Origin: a virus
UHGV virus genome: UHGV-1375876
Length of the DNA stretch: 45,898 nucleotides
Reading direction: 5' to 3' (one strand)
Shown: positions 36,285 through 45,765 of the stretch, one piece after another
Numbering within the stretch: position 1 is the first letter of the stretch
Layout: each line of letters opens with the position of its first letter
Notes under the pieces: generated by a model
What the model saw: the letters and a program-made list of their open reading frames with translations, nothing else
Told to the model about the DNA's origin: nothing
Database searches by the model: none
Program-made: the position numbers and the translations under genes

Positions 36285-37524
36285 TATCGATTTTACCGAA
36301 AACGGCCCGGTCGTACCCGATACCGCGACCGTCCGGGACGCTGTCGAAACTGATTGGCAGGCGGCATTCGACAATCGGCTGAACCCGGATCCGGCAACGC
36401 CGCAGGGACAGCTCATTACCTCAGAAACGGCCATCGTGCAGGACAAGAACAGCCAGCTTTTGTTCCTCTCGAACATGTTCAACCCCGAGACTGCGGAGGG
36501 TATCTATCAAGACGCGCTCGCCAAAATTTACTTTCTGACCCGGCAGGCCGCCCGTTCCACGGTCGTCCCCTGTACTTGTACGGGACTTCCCGGCACCGTC
36601 ATCCCCGGCATCGGCAGCGAAGCCCCGGCGCTTGCAAAAGATGCGGACGGGAACATCTTGGTCTGTCAGACGGGAGGGACGATCCCCCAATCCGGCAGTA
36701 TTATCCTTGATTTTGCCTGTCAGGTTCCGGGGCCTATTGAAATCCGGCAGGGAACTGTGACTACGATTGTACGAACCATCCCCGGATGGGACACGATCAC
36801 CAATGAAGCCGGGATTACTGGGCAAAACGTCGAGAGCCGGGCCGCGTTCGAGTCCCGGCGCTACGCCAGCGTCGCGAAGAACGCCCGGAGCGTTGCAGCC
36901 GCCGTCTATGCCAACGTCGGCGATCTGGATGGCGTGCTTGATGTCTGTGTGCGTGAGAACAAAACCAGCGCACCGTTTGAAGTACAGGGCGTCACGCTCA
37001 AGCCGCACTCAATCTATGTTGCGGTCGTCGGCAGCGCGACGGATAGTGATATTGCTGAGTCAATTTACGCCCGTTGTTCAGCCGGATGTGATTACAACGG
37101 CAACACCAGCGTCACTGTGACTGATCCGGTAACCGGAGCGGTCGAGACGGTACTCTTTGAGCGCCCGGAATCGCTCCCGGTGGGCATTCAGGTGACTATC
37201 CGCAAAAATGCCTCAATGCCGAGCAACGTCGAAGAACTCATCAAAACTGCCGTTGTCGCCGAATTCTACGGAGAAACCGCCGACGCCTGCGGAAATACGG
37301 GTCAGCGCGTTCATATCGGGGATACCGTGTATGCCAGCCGCTTTTATTCCGCCGTGCTCGGAACTGGCGTTACCGACTTGGTGAGTATCGAAATCGCGGC
37401 GCCCGTCGGTGAAGGTTCGCCAACGTGGGGCGACTACATCACCATTAATATAGATGAAGCCCCCATGCTCGTCTCCGATAACGTCACTGTAACCATCATT
37501 GAAGCGAGGTCGGGCCGTGGATAA
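36271..37524 (+). CDS. baseplate J-like protein
   Basis: 417 aa at the position and of the size of P2 gpJ/Mu gp47. Confidence 0.65.
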   Translation: MSQSSIDFTENGPVVPDTATVRDAVETDWQAAFDNRLNPDPATPQGQLITSETAIVQDKNSQLLFLSNMFNPETAEGIYQDALAKIYFLTRQAARSTVVPCTCTGLPGTVIPGIGSEAPALAKDADGNILVCQTGGTIPQSGSIILDFACQVPGPIEIRQGTVTTIVRTIPGWDTITNEAGITGQNVESRAAFESRRYASVAKNARSVAAAVYANVGDLDGVLDVCVRENKTSAPFEVQGVTLKPHSIYVAVVGSATDSDIAESIYARCSAGCDYNGNTSVTVTDPVTGAVETVLFERPESLPVGIQVTIRKNASMPSNVEELIKTAVVAEFYGETADACGNTGQRVHIGDTVYASRFYSAVLGTGVTDLVSIEIAAPVGEGSPTWGDYITINIDEAPMLVSDNVTVTIIEARSGRG

Positions 37525-38182
37525 CTGGCGCGAAACGCTCCTTTCGCAATACGACAACTCTGAACGGCTGCTGGCGCTCATCGAATCGATGAATGCCGTC
37601 ATTGCGCCTACGGCGGATATTGCGGCGTTCTATGAGTCCGTCTTTGACCCAGAAACGGCATTCGGATGGGGGCTTGACGTGTGGGGACGCATCGTCGCCA
37701 TTCCGCGTACGCTTGAAGTAGAGGCGACGGACATCAAGACGTTCGGTTTCTCCGGTTCAAACCTCAGCAACTTTGGGCACGGTCCTTTTGCATATGAGAG
37801 CAAATCGAACACGTTCATACTTCAAGATAACGCATATCATCTTTTGATCTGGATGAAAGCAGCTTCGAACATCACCGACGGCAGCCTCCTAGATTTGAAC
37901 AAGATCGTTCATTGGCTTTTCTCGGATCGCGGTCATATTGCCGTCGTGCATGTCGGAACGATGAAAATACGCTACGTTATCGGCTTCAAGCTCCAGCCAT
38001 ACGAGCGTGCGCTTCTCCTGCGCGATGACGTTCCCCCAAAGCCTGCGGGCGTCGGCTATGACGTCTATCAAGTCATCCCGAAACATACCTTCGGTTTCGC
38101 CGGATCCGGCGGTCAGAATTTCAACAACGGCGTTTTTCAGCCGTATGGAGGCCCTGTAGATGCCTATTCCCTCAACGCCTAG
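37499..38182 (+). CDS. tail protein I-like (baseplate)
   Basis: Follows the J-like gene. 227 aa. An alternative GTG start at 37517 has a GAGG Shine-Dalgarno. Confidence 0.45.
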   Translation: MKRGRAVDNWRETLLSQYDNSERLLALIESMNAVIAPTADIAAFYESVFDPETAFGWGLDVWGRIVAIPRTLEVEATDIKTFGFSGSNLSNFGHGPFAYESKSNTFILQDNAYHLLIWMKAASNITDGSLLDLNKIVHWLFSDRGHIAVVHVGTMKIRYVIGFKLQPYERALLLRDDVPPKPAGVGYDVYQVIPKHTFGFAGSGGQNFNNGVFQPYGGPVDAYSLNA

Positions 38183-39293
38183 CATCATGCCCAACGTCTT
38201 GGGATATGCAGCGGATACCGTGCAGATCCCTAAAACGACCCCCACGGGTCAAGGTATTCCCTCTTTCCGAGATCTCTTTCCGTTCATCACGCAGGTCGAC
38301 CCGGACGCGGGCGGCGTCATGGTTGAACGTTCATGGATGAACGCGCTTTTCAACCTGCTTGGTCAACACGCCTTTTTCCAACAATCCGGATGCGTCTACC
38401 CGTGGCAAGATACGCTGAACTATATCACGGGCTCTCATGTCAAAGGTAGTGATGATGTCGAGTACATCGCGTTGCAACCTTCCGGGCCAGATGTGTCCGG
38501 CGTGGGAGCAAAAGACCCTGCACAGCAAGCAAACCGCGCGTACTGGGTTTCGCTTGCATCTTTTGTCTCCGGCGACTTTGTTCCAGATTCGCGGCGGGTC
38601 ATCGCCGGAACGGGGCTCACTGGCGGCGGGCCGCTCTCCGCTGACGTGACTCTCGCGGCGAAGCTGACCGACAGCGTGAGCTCGAGAGATTCGACCACGG
38701 CGGCGTCCGCGAAGGCTGTGAAGACGGCCTATGATCTGGCGAACAGCAAGCAGGCAAACCTTGGTTTTACGCCCGTGCAGCAGGGCGGCGGAACCGGGCA
38801 AGGAAGCGATAAGATCTACATAGGGTACAGTAAGAGTGGACTGAAGGCGCAGGCGGATGTCCTCGATCTCGGATATATCGTCACGACATCCGCCGGATGT
38901 ACAAAAGCCCCCAGTGCCGCCAATGCGGATTATGCGACTTCGGCAGGTACATTATATATAGGGTGGCCCTCCACTTGGCACTGGATTGGTCAGGCGGGTC
39001 AACCGGAATGGTTGTGGGGAGGTAATGAGGCTACCCGTGGTAGTATGTACGTCTACAACCCCGTCAATTTCAGAGTGAACTATGCGAACAGCGCGGGGAC
39101 GGCGACAGGCCTCACTTATGCCTTTACAAAAAATAGCTCCCTTGTACTGCCGCCGGGGGGAACGTGGTTTGTTCTGAACTGGTGGGATGGCGATGGTGTC
39201 ACCGCGAATGGTAACTGGTCAGGTGGTCAAATAGTCGCCGGAGGATCTAGTGTAGGCGTAAGCAATGGGGCGTTTGCCCTGAGGGTTGCATGA
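38160..39293 (+). CDS. tail fiber protein
   Basis: P2 gpH-like motif (..SSRDSTTAASAKAVKTAYDLANSKQ..) and a Gly-rich beta-type C-terminus. GGAGG Shine-Dalgarno. Confidence 0.65.
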   Translation: MPIPSTPSIMPNVLGYAADTVQIPKTTPTGQGIPSFRDLFPFITQVDPDAGGVMVERSWMNALFNLLGQHAFFQQSGCVYPWQDTLNYITGSHVKGSDDVEYIALQPSGPDVSGVGAKDPAQQANRAYWVSLASFVSGDFVPDSRRVIAGTGLTGGGPLSADVTLAAKLTDSVSSRDSTTAASAKAVKTAYDLANSKQANLGFTPVQQGGGTGQGSDKIYIGYSKSGLKAQADVLDLGYIVTTSAGCTKAPSAANADYATSAGTLYIGWPSTWHWIGQAGQPEWLWGGNEATRGSMYVYNPVNFRVNYANSAGTATGLTYAFTKNSSLVLPPGGTWFVLNWWDGDGVTANGNWSGGQIVAGGSSVGVSNGAFALRVA

Positions 39294-39697
39294 TCGAAAA
39301 AACATACGGACAAATTATCCACCGGGCATCTGATGATTCTTATGTCATCACGAAGAACGGAATGCCCTACCACGTCTATCCCTACGCCGCCGAGTTCGCG
39401 GAAGAATGGGACGCCGTGTTCGCCTACGCCGAAGCACACCCGGAGATGGTGACGGAAGAGCAGCCCTACGTCCCGCCCGTGCCGACGACCGAAGAACTCG
39501 CGGCTAGCGTACGCGCCGAACGCAACAAACGGCTTGCTCTCACCGATCATCTTGTCATGCCAGACTATCCGCTTGATACGGATAAACTTGAAGAGATCAA
39601 GGCATACCGCCAAGCTCTCCGCGACATTCCGCAGCAACCGGGCTTTCCGTGGGGTGGACCTGACGATCCTGCGTGTCCGTGGCCTGTCGAACCGTGA
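39290..39697 (+). CDS. tail fiber assembly protein (Tfa)
   Basis: ATGA coupling to the fiber gene. Conserved C-terminal pattern ..ERNKRLALTDHLVMPDYPL..EEIKAYRQALRDIPQQPGFPW. Confidence 0.6.
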   Translation: MIEKTYGQIIHRASDDSYVITKNGMPYHVYPYAAEFAEEWDAVFAYAEAHPEMVTEEQPYVPPVPTTEELAASVRAERNKRLALTDHLVMPDYPLDTDKLEEIKAYRQALRDIPQQPGFPWGGPDDPACPWPVEP

Positions 39698-39867
39698 TTT
39701 GCAAAAATCGTAGGCATGGCTAGACTCTTTAGAAACAAGGAGGAAGGTCATGCCGCTACCCATGCCCGAAGAAGAGGAGCACTTTCGTTGTCCGCACGGT
39801 GAACGTGTTCAAGCACTGATGCTGTGTTCTCTGGACTGTGCTGAATCTGGCGCGCATCCAGACAGAA

Positions 39868-39892
39868 AAGGAAAAGCCCCTTTCGGGGCTAC
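39868..39892. terminator. bidirectional terminator hairpin between the convergent tail operon and the leftward early operon
   Basis: AAAAGCCCCtttcGGGGCT. On the minus strand it is followed by TTTTCCTTTTCT. Confidence 0.55.
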
Positions 39893-40237
39893 TTCGGTTC
39901 GCGGGGTTCGTCGGGAATGGGCACCACCGCCACAAGTTCGTCATCCCATGCTCGCGCGTGCTCCCAACTACACAGATCACTCTCGTTCGTGCATGGAAGC
40001 TTGCGGCACAAATACCGCCCATCCCCGTCTATGCCTACGGCGATGCGCGGCACCCAAAATTTCATGCCGGAATCGCGCACAGCCACACTCTCTCCACAAA
40101 CCGGCATATACTTTGACTCGGACCACGAAGCGGGGGCGTCAGCCGTGCCCGCCACATGACTGTAGAAACCCGGCACCCATGCAGTGTCGTCGCTATCCCG
40201 CACCAGTACCCTGTAGAACGGCTTGAAATCAGACATC
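39889..40237 (-). CDS. hypothetical protein
   Basis: 116 aa from an internal ATG with a GGAGAAGAGGAGAAGA Shine-Dalgarno. Protein-like composition, unlike the overlapping plus-strand ORF. Confidence 0.45.
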
Positions 40238-40618
40238 GTTCTTCTCCTCTTCTCCCACCGGTTCGTGGGGGCGGGGTTCGGGGATGGGGCCAGCCCATTG
40301 TCCGCCGAGATCTTGATAGGATACACGGTCAATCTGCATAGCGATATCGACGGTTCCATCTTGGTAGACGTACCGAGGGATGCGGCTATCTTCATCCCTC
40401 CACCAATTCCATGCTCCCAATTGTGGATCGCGCGTCCACGTCAGCGCTCGGGGCAGGGCGTTCCATTGCCTGATCGCATATTCCGTATCGACCTTTGGGG
40501 AGCAAGGCCCGCACATCCCGCACGCGGGACAGAATCCGTAGGCTCTCGTATCTACTCTCATGACCACATCGGAAGCCCCACACGCCGGGCACGGTAGCAA
40601 CGTCAGTTCTTCGGGCAT
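40229..40618 (-). CDS. Lar-family restriction alleviation protein with a C-terminal extension
   Basis: LLPCPACGAS..FCPACGMCGP..AIRQWNALPRA matches the Lar Zn-ribbon pattern. Confidence 0.55.
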   Translation of the reverse strand: MPEELTLLPCPACGASDVVMRVDTRAYGFCPACGMCGPCSPKVDTEYAIRQWNALPRALTWTRDPQLGAWNWWRDEDSRIPRYVYQDGTVDIAMQIDRVSYQDLGGQWAGPIPEPRPHEPVGEEEKNDV

Positions 40619-40818
40619 GATTCCTCCAGCATTTTTCTGATTGTCATAAGTGAATCATCAACGTAGAGAAGCTCATTGACAGCGGAATCGAGCAAGCATT
40701 GATACCGCTCCTGTCTACATCGTTCCTTCATTTCTCTCAGATGTTCGACGATTGCCCCGATTTCCCATTGCCGCTGCTCAAGTCCCGCATCAAGTCCGTT
40801 CAGCGCGTGCTCGTTCAT
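40603..40818 (-). CDS. hypothetical small protein
   Basis: 71-aa ORF coupled to its neighbours. Confidence 0.4.
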   Translation of the reverse strand: MNEHALNGLDAGLEQRQWEIGAIVEHLREMKERCRQERYQCLLDSAVNELLYVDDSLMTIRKMLEESCPKN

Positions 40819-41102
40819 CTCCCTTCCTCCACGGCTTTGCGGGCGGCTTCACGCATACACTCCATGCACGAACTATCTTGGCATTTAGACATATCTACAT
40901 TGCGGGGGCACATTCCAAGCAAATCAACAGCGTTAGTGTATCCGTGTGCCAGCCAATCCGCCTCCCGCTCCAGCCGTTCCAGTTCCCGGCACAACCTGAA
41001 AATGACGGCGGACGGCCCCATTTCGTCTAGCGCCTTGGAGTCTCCGAGCATATCGCCAACGGCGGCGGAACGGATGCGGGCGAGTTCTTCGGTGGTGATC
41101 AT
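40815..41102 (-). CDS. hypothetical Cys-rich protein
   Basis: Start at the internal ATG, which overlaps the upstream stop (ATGA). Confidence 0.4.
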   Translation of the reverse strand: MITTEELARIRSAAVGDMLGDSKALDEMGPSAVIFRLCRELERLEREADWLAHGYTNAVDLLGMCPRNVDMSKCQDSSCMECMREAARKAVEEGR

Positions 41103-41299
41103 TCTTCCGGCTCCACAAGTACCTTTTCCCAATCCTGTGGTGTCACTGCCCAACAAAGACCTCTTCCCATCACACACGACCCGTTGAAACATCTTTCAGG
41201 ACATTTTTGTTGTGCCTCAAACGTTTCCCGGCACATATAGGCCCGCGCGATTGCCTCTTTCGAGCACTGCATGATTGATTCAAGCGTGGTTTCGTTCAT
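41099..41299 (-). CDS. hypothetical Cys-rich small protein
   Basis: 66-aa ORF. Confidence 0.4.
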   Translation of the reverse strand: MNETTLESIMQCSKEAIARAYMCRETFEAQQKCPERCFNGSCVMGRGLCWAVTPQDWEKVLVEPEE

Positions 41300-41654
41300 T
41301 GGTCATCTCCTGTTCGAGCATTTTTTCCACTGTACGAATTTTTTCAGCCATTTTCTTTGCCAACTTCCAACGATAGGCACGGATGGCTTCCAACCTTGTT
41401 GCATAGACATCTACCCCTTCCATCCTGCTCCAATACTTGCTCCCTGCTTCCCTTTTTCTCTCACCCTCAGCATCAACCATCGCTACAGATGGATAATATT
41501 CTCCGTAAGAAACCCACCCTCTAGTGATTTTACCGTGGGGCGTTTCGATGGGCATCGGCTCATCAAAGGAGGGCCATAGGCGAGTTCCTGTCAATCTGAT
41601 TTCTTCGATTTCAGCCTGAGCCCACTTCGGTAGGTCGTTAAGCGTCTTTGCCAT
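41280..41654 (-). CDS. hypothetical protein
   Basis: Start at ATG 41654 with a GAGGAG Shine-Dalgarno. Confidence 0.45.
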   Translation of the reverse strand: MAKTLNDLPKWAQAEIEEIRLTGTRLWPSFDEPMPIETPHGKITRGWVSYGEYYPSVAMVDAEGERKREAGSKYWSRMEGVDVYATRLEAIRAYRWKLAKKMAEKIRTVEKMLEQEMTNERNHA

Positions 41655-41997
41655 TATCCATCTCCTCTTCAACGGCGATGCGTGCTCTTTTCAGACGGCA
41701 CCATCTGCACGAAAATGCGCTTCCATCGTCTTCGGTAAAGTATGGACAATCACTAAGGTTAGCGTTTTCGGGAAGAGGACAAGGCTCTTCCAGTGTAAGT
41801 TTTGCCGCCACCCTCTCGGCAAACTCGGCGGCGTCGCAATAGTCAGGTTCCTTCATAAGCGCCCTATCCTTAATGGGAAACCCGATATCCCGGCAGATTT
41901 TACGAAGCGCCGGACTGCATGTCCTCTTATTCTTAGAGCACCGAAAGCACACATCATCGCGGTGCTCCAGCCACTTCCTTTCCTGTTTTGTCAGCAT
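41638..41997 (-). CDS. hypothetical Cys-rich protein
   Basis: GGGGTGA Shine-Dalgarno. 119 aa. Confidence 0.45.
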   Translation of the reverse strand: MLTKQERKWLEHRDDVCFRCSKNKRTCSPALRKICRDIGFPIKDRALMKEPDYCDAAEFAERVAAKLTLEEPCPLPENANLSDCPYFTEDDGSAFSCRWCRLKRARIAVEEEMDNGKDA

Positions 41998-42164
41998 ATT
42001 TCACCCCGCGCGTTGTTCAGGCAGACGCGCCCCTGCCAAAACATGTTACAGGGGTTCCATTAGGATATGGATTCATCGGCATCACCCCCTTCCGGGGCCA
42101 GTTGCCCAGATCAGCCAAAGAAAGAAGGCGACCCACGCGAGAGTGAGCCGCCTTTCCCATTTCG

Positions 42165-42470
42165 TCATTCCGCCTTTTCCAATAATGCGGTATGGGGTCG
42201 GTAAAACTTTCCTACCCCACCCGTTTTCGAGGGGACGCGGACAATATACGATACGTGATCCCGAGGATATCCAAGGTGGGGTGTCCTTCTCCCATATTTC
42301 TCAGCTACCCTCGTAGCATATATCTGAGGATTCCCGCCCGCAGGTATGACTGATTCAACAATGCCCTTTTTTTCTTTCCAAAACCCATTTGCGGCAGAAG
42401 CCCACTGTACCGTATCGCCAACTTTGAAATTTTCCATATCGATCCCGCGTGCTTCGTATGCGCGGCCCAC
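42165..42470 (-). CDS. hypothetical protein
   Basis: 101 aa with a GTG start. An alternative ATG at 42437 is possible. Confidence 0.4.
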   Translation of the reverse strand: MGRAYEARGIDMENFKVGDTVQWASAANGFWKEKKGIVESVIPAGGNPQIYATRVAEKYGRRTPHLGYPRDHVSYIVRVPSKTGGVGKFYRPHTALLEKAE

Positions 42471-42484
42471 GGTTGAGAGATGGA

Positions 42485-42682
42485 TTACTCGCTGGCGTCA
42501 ACCGGATAGAGGCCGATGACGGTTTCCGTGAACGCCTTTCCTTCGGTGTCTTCGCAGCCGCATTCGGTGGACTGTGGGTCAATGTCGAACATGCCCGCTC
42601 CTTCGCTTCCGTCCAGCGTGATGCAGACATCCTGCTCAGGATCAAAGGCTTCAAGCTTCTCGATCAGTTCTCCGATGGTCAT
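42485..42682 (-). CDS. hypothetical acidic small protein
   Basis: 65 aa from an internal ATG with an AAGGA Shine-Dalgarno. Confidence 0.4.
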   Translation of the reverse strand: MTIGELIEKLEAFDPEQDVCITLDGSEGAGMFDIDPQSTECGCEDTEGKAFTETVIGLYPVDASE

Positions 42683-42749
42683 GTTGAATCCTTGGGTTAG
42701 AGTTTGGGGTATGAAAAGCCCCGCCGGGGAGGGCGGGGCGTGGGGTGCT

Positions 42750-43086
42750 TCAATATTGAGGTAACTGTCCGATCTTTTGGAGATAGTTATATCGAGAGCA
42801 AACAGTATGCAGATCGTGTGCGGGAATATACGCTGCACATCCTTCGCGTTTTTCTCCGGTTGCTTTCAACGGACAATCTGCGAAATATGTACCTTCACCA
42901 TCGCAGTGTTCGCAACTTGTGCACTTCCCGATAATACTGTCGATCTCGTATCCGTGTAGGTCTTCAAAGTTACATACAAATTCTTCCACAGAAGCATTGT
43001 CTTTACAGTCATCAAGGCATCTTTCAGCTTGCTGATATGTAGGATACTCTTTATGACATATCGGACAAACATATTTTTTTACTTTC
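42750..43086 (-). CDS. Zn-finger protein (multiple CxxC/HxxC pairs)
   Basis: GGAGAAAG Shine-Dalgarno. Cys pairs at CPICHKEY, CLDDC and CTSCEHC. AT-rich. Confidence 0.45.
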
Positions 43087-43336
43087 ATACTTTCTCCGCA
43101 ATCCTCAGCTTGCTTGCCGGGACCGTCCATTTCCCCTCGTAGCCGTACACGGTGACGTACATAGCCTTGCGTCCCTTCCCGAAATCACGGAGATACGGGG
43201 CACAGGATGCCGTCACGGTGACGGTTTGACGTTCGCCGCCTACCTTGGCTCGGTATAGAAAACGGCGTCCCGGAATTATCGATGCCAAATCAGGACATTT
43301 TAGTCTGATGTCTGGGAGGGCGTCGGTGTCGGGCAT
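43085..43336 (-). CDS. hypothetical protein
   Basis: Start at the internal ATG with a GGAG Shine-Dalgarno. Confidence 0.35.
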   Translation of the reverse strand: MPDTDALPDIRLKCPDLASIIPGRRFLYRAKVGGERQTVTVTASCAPYLRDFGKGRKAMYVTVYGYEGKWTVPASKLRIAEKV

Positions 43337-43566
43337 GGCGTTACTCCGTTGAACTCTTTCAATGTTCCGTCGCTCCATATAACTCTGTGAGTGTTGTTCT
43401 CAGAGTCTACAATGACGAACACGATATCCTTCTTCTGCTTCTCTGAAAGTATCCCGCTCATCTCACCAGACCTATACGCAAGATGCATACAGAAAAAAAA
43501 CATGATGAGCGCGTAAACCATCCCCATAAATTTTGAGTTCATGAATCTTGTAAATCCGTTACCCAC
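43300..43566 (-). CDS. small membrane protein
   Basis: GTG start with a GGGAGG Shine-Dalgarno. Hydrophobic segment MGMVYALIMFFFCMHLAY. AT-rich. Confidence 0.4.
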   Translation of the reverse strand: MGNGFTRFMNSKFMGMVYALIMFFFCMHLAYRSGEMSGILSEKQKKDIVFVIVDSENNTHRVIWSDGTLKEFNGVTPCPTPTPSQTSD

Positions 43567-43849
43567 AGTTCACCGCCTCCCGCAGTTCCTTTCCCGGCCT
43601 GAACTTCACGGCCTTGTGCGCGGGGATGGGGATGCTTTCCCCGGTGCGCGGATTGCGGCCTTGACGTTCGGGCACGTCCACGACTTCGAACACGCCGAAG
43701 CCCTGAATTTTCAGGAAGCCGTGTTCAACGATAGCCCGTTGGAGCGTATCTAATACCTGATTGACGACACGTTCGGTCATCATGATCGAGTTCATGGTGC
43801 CCATGGTGTCTGAATTTCGAAGCATCCTGACAAATTCGGATCTGTTCAT
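43559..43849 (-). CDS. HU/IHF-family DNA-binding protein
   Basis: Classic HU/IHF arm: FGVFEVVDVPERQGRNPRTGESIPIPAHKAVKFRPGKELREAVN. Confidence 0.85.
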   Translation of the reverse strand: MNRSEFVRMLRNSDTMGTMNSIMMTERVVNQVLDTLQRAIVEHGFLKIQGFGVFEVVDVPERQGRNPRTGESIPIPAHKAVKFRPGKELREAVNCG

Positions 43850-43850
43850 G

Positions 43851-43880
43851 GCGTTACCTCAAAAGAAAGGCCCGGTGGTG
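43851..43880 (-). terminator. rho-independent terminator between recT and the HU/IHF gene
   Basis: On the minus strand the hairpin GGCCCGGctcaccaCCGGGCC is followed by TTTCTTTTG. Confidence 0.55.
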
Positions 43881-43896
43881 AGCCGGGCCGGGGTGG

Positions 43897-44826
43897 TTAT
43901 TCTGCCCACGCGGGGCATTGGGCGTGCTGGTCACATTCGGAACACTTCAAGTCGTTCACCTGCTTTTCAGTTTTCGGACAGGTGATCAGATTGACGGCGG
44001 GGGCGGGCTGAGCTTCCGGCTGCGCGGGTACTTCCGATTCAGAGCTATCGGAGTCCACAATGTCGGTATCAACCACGTCCCCAAACGAGCCGATGTCCTT
44101 GATGCTCTTCATGTCAGCATCCATGGCCTGCTGCATTTCAACGGACATGACGCCCCACTTGCTGATGAGCTGGCGGATCATGGTTTTGAAGGCCATAGCG
44201 TCGAAGTCCTTGCTCCAGAACGAGTTGTTCCATCCCTTGTTCAGGTCATTCTTGTAGGCCTTCGAGTAGCGCAGGGCGTGCGCCTGCATCTTTTCCTTGC
44301 TCCAGTACAGGCACTTCCGAAATCCGTTCAGGTACTCGAACATGGCGTAATAGCCGGTGGTTGGCGTCTCTTCCCGGAGGGCGTCATCCTGAATAAGGTC
44401 GATTTCCAGCTCTTCATTCAGCGGGTCAAAGAACTTAAGTTCTCCCTCCTTGACGGCAATGACGTTTAGTTTGCGGTAGTTTCCGGAACGGATGGCAAGC
44501 TGGACATAGCCCTTGTAGCCAAGTTGGAACGTCGCCATGTTTCTGTTGTTTTTGTTGTCTCGGTAGGAGACTACCCATGCCTGCCCAAGTTGGCGGTTGA
44601 GCGAAAGGTTCAGACTCTGGGCTTGCAATGCGGAGGCGATCAGACTCATTGGTTCACAGTCTCTGAGCGCAACATCCTGATTCATAAGGCTGATCAGGCT
44701 GGTTACGAAATCATCGGCCTTCTTGCCTACAAGAACGGTGGAAATCTTGGAGCGCACCAGCTCGGCGAAACTCTTTTTTTGTTCCTGAGCCGGGGGCATG
44801 GGGCGGGTGAGATCAAGCTGTGACAT
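43897..44826 (-). CDS. recT: RecT-family single-strand annealing recombinase
   Basis: RecT core (..LGQAWVVSYRDNKNNRNMATFQLGYKGYVQLAIRSGNY..) plus a C-terminal Cys-rich tail. Confidence 0.85.
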   Translation of the reverse strand: MSQLDLTRPMPPAQEQKKSFAELVRSKISTVLVGKKADDFVTSLISLMNQDVALRDCEPMSLIASALQAQSLNLSLNRQLGQAWVVSYRDNKNNRNMATFQLGYKGYVQLAIRSGNYRKLNVIAVKEGELKFFDPLNEELEIDLIQDDALREETPTTGYYAMFEYLNGFRKCLYWSKEKMQAHALRYSKAYKNDLNKGWNNSFWSKDFDAMAFKTMIRQLISKWGVMSVEMQQAMDADMKSIKDIGSFGDVVDTDIVDSDSSESEVPAQPEAQPAPAVNLITCPKTEKQVNDLKCSECDQHAQCPAWAE

Positions 44827-44836
44827 GGTATTGGCC

Positions 44837-45610
44837 TTATGCCGCCCACTTGGGCAGACTGATGGTTAAAATGTCTCTGGTGTAGCAGGGAAAGGTTCCC
44901 GAGTTCAGGCAACGCTTGAGGCTTTCGACAGCGGACAGACACTCGGATAGCCCCTTTTGCAGGGCATCCTCGTCGAGCTGGCACATGGTGACGAGGTGCG
45001 GGAATGTTTTTTCGACAAAGATGAAGATGAACGCCTCGCAGGGTTGGCCTATGGCTTTCATCCCATCGAGATACCAAGCGGCCTGCCGATGGTAGCCGTA
45101 TTTCGCGATGGTGCGCTGGATGGCCTCTGGGTTCGCGCTCTCCGTGGTTTTGAGGTCGGCACAGAAGCGTTGCCCGAAAACGGTAGAAACGATGTCCGGC
45201 TTGGCCTTGCATTCGATGCCGTCGCGCATCCAGTAAATGGGCTGTTCCGCAGTGTAGTGCCTAAAAAGGCACTTGGCCTGTGGGTGCTCCCGGACTGCCT
45301 CGGACATGAGCAGGGCCTTTTCGTAGTCCTCCTGCTTGACGATGGTCACAGTGTCCGGGATGCCTTTTTTCCACTCCCGTCCTGCCTTCGTGGAGAGATT
45401 GATGTCGGTGACGGCGAACTCGTTGGCGAACAGCTCAGGTTGAAGGCAGAGAAGATGGAACATACTGCCGAAGGAAAGGGCCTTGGATTCCTGCTCGTCG
45501 TCCACGCCCTCCAACCACGCTTTGTAAAGAGCAGGACATTCAAGCAACAGGTCGATGGCACTTTTGGAAAGAGCTTTGTTGGAGAAGTATGCTGCGTCAG
45601 CCTTATTCAT
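44837..45610 (-). CDS. PD-(D/E)xK-family exonuclease (YqaJ/lambda Exo-like partner of RecT)
   Basis: D..K / QxxxY motifs (FCADLKTTE..YGYHRQAAWYLDG). Positioned directly upstream of recT in the same operon. Confidence 0.65.
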   Translation of the reverse strand: MNKADAAYFSNKALSKSAIDLLLECPALYKAWLEGVDDEQESKALSFGSMFHLLCLQPELFANEFAVTDINLSTKAGREWKKGIPDTVTIVKQEDYEKALLMSEAVREHPQAKCLFRHYTAEQPIYWMRDGIECKAKPDIVSTVFGQRFCADLKTTESANPEAIQRTIAKYGYHRQAAWYLDGMKAIGQPCEAFIFIFVEKTFPHLVTMCQLDEDALQKGLSECLSAVESLKRCLNSGTFPCYTRDILTISLPKWAA

Positions 45611-45765
45611 CGCATGGCCTCCATCCCGTACAAGATCTGTGGAAGAATGCAGATCCCAAGCATGACCGACATAAAGATGATGACCGCAGCAACTCTAGCC
45701 CGGTCAACCTTTTTAGGCCGTTCCAAAGATACCTTGGCGTGCTTCATGTAGACGTTGGAAATCAT
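45607..45765 (-). CDS. small membrane protein (52 aa)
   Basis: Not in the track because it is under 60 aa. GGAGGG Shine-Dalgarno. Hydrophobic core AAVIIFMSVMLGICILPQIL. ATGA overlaps at both ends. Confidence 0.4.
   Translation of the reverse strand: MISNVYMKHAKVSLERPKKVDRARVAAVIIFMSVMLGICILPQILYGMEAMR

Noticed and set aside
39750-40226. Plus-strand 158-aa ORF with a strong AAGGAGG Shine-Dalgarno
   Set aside because: It reads through the terminator hairpin and overlaps a protein-like minus-strand gene. Beyond about 40 aa it is Arg/Pro/Cys-rich noise. The first 40 codons could be a tiny real ORF, but this is unsupported.
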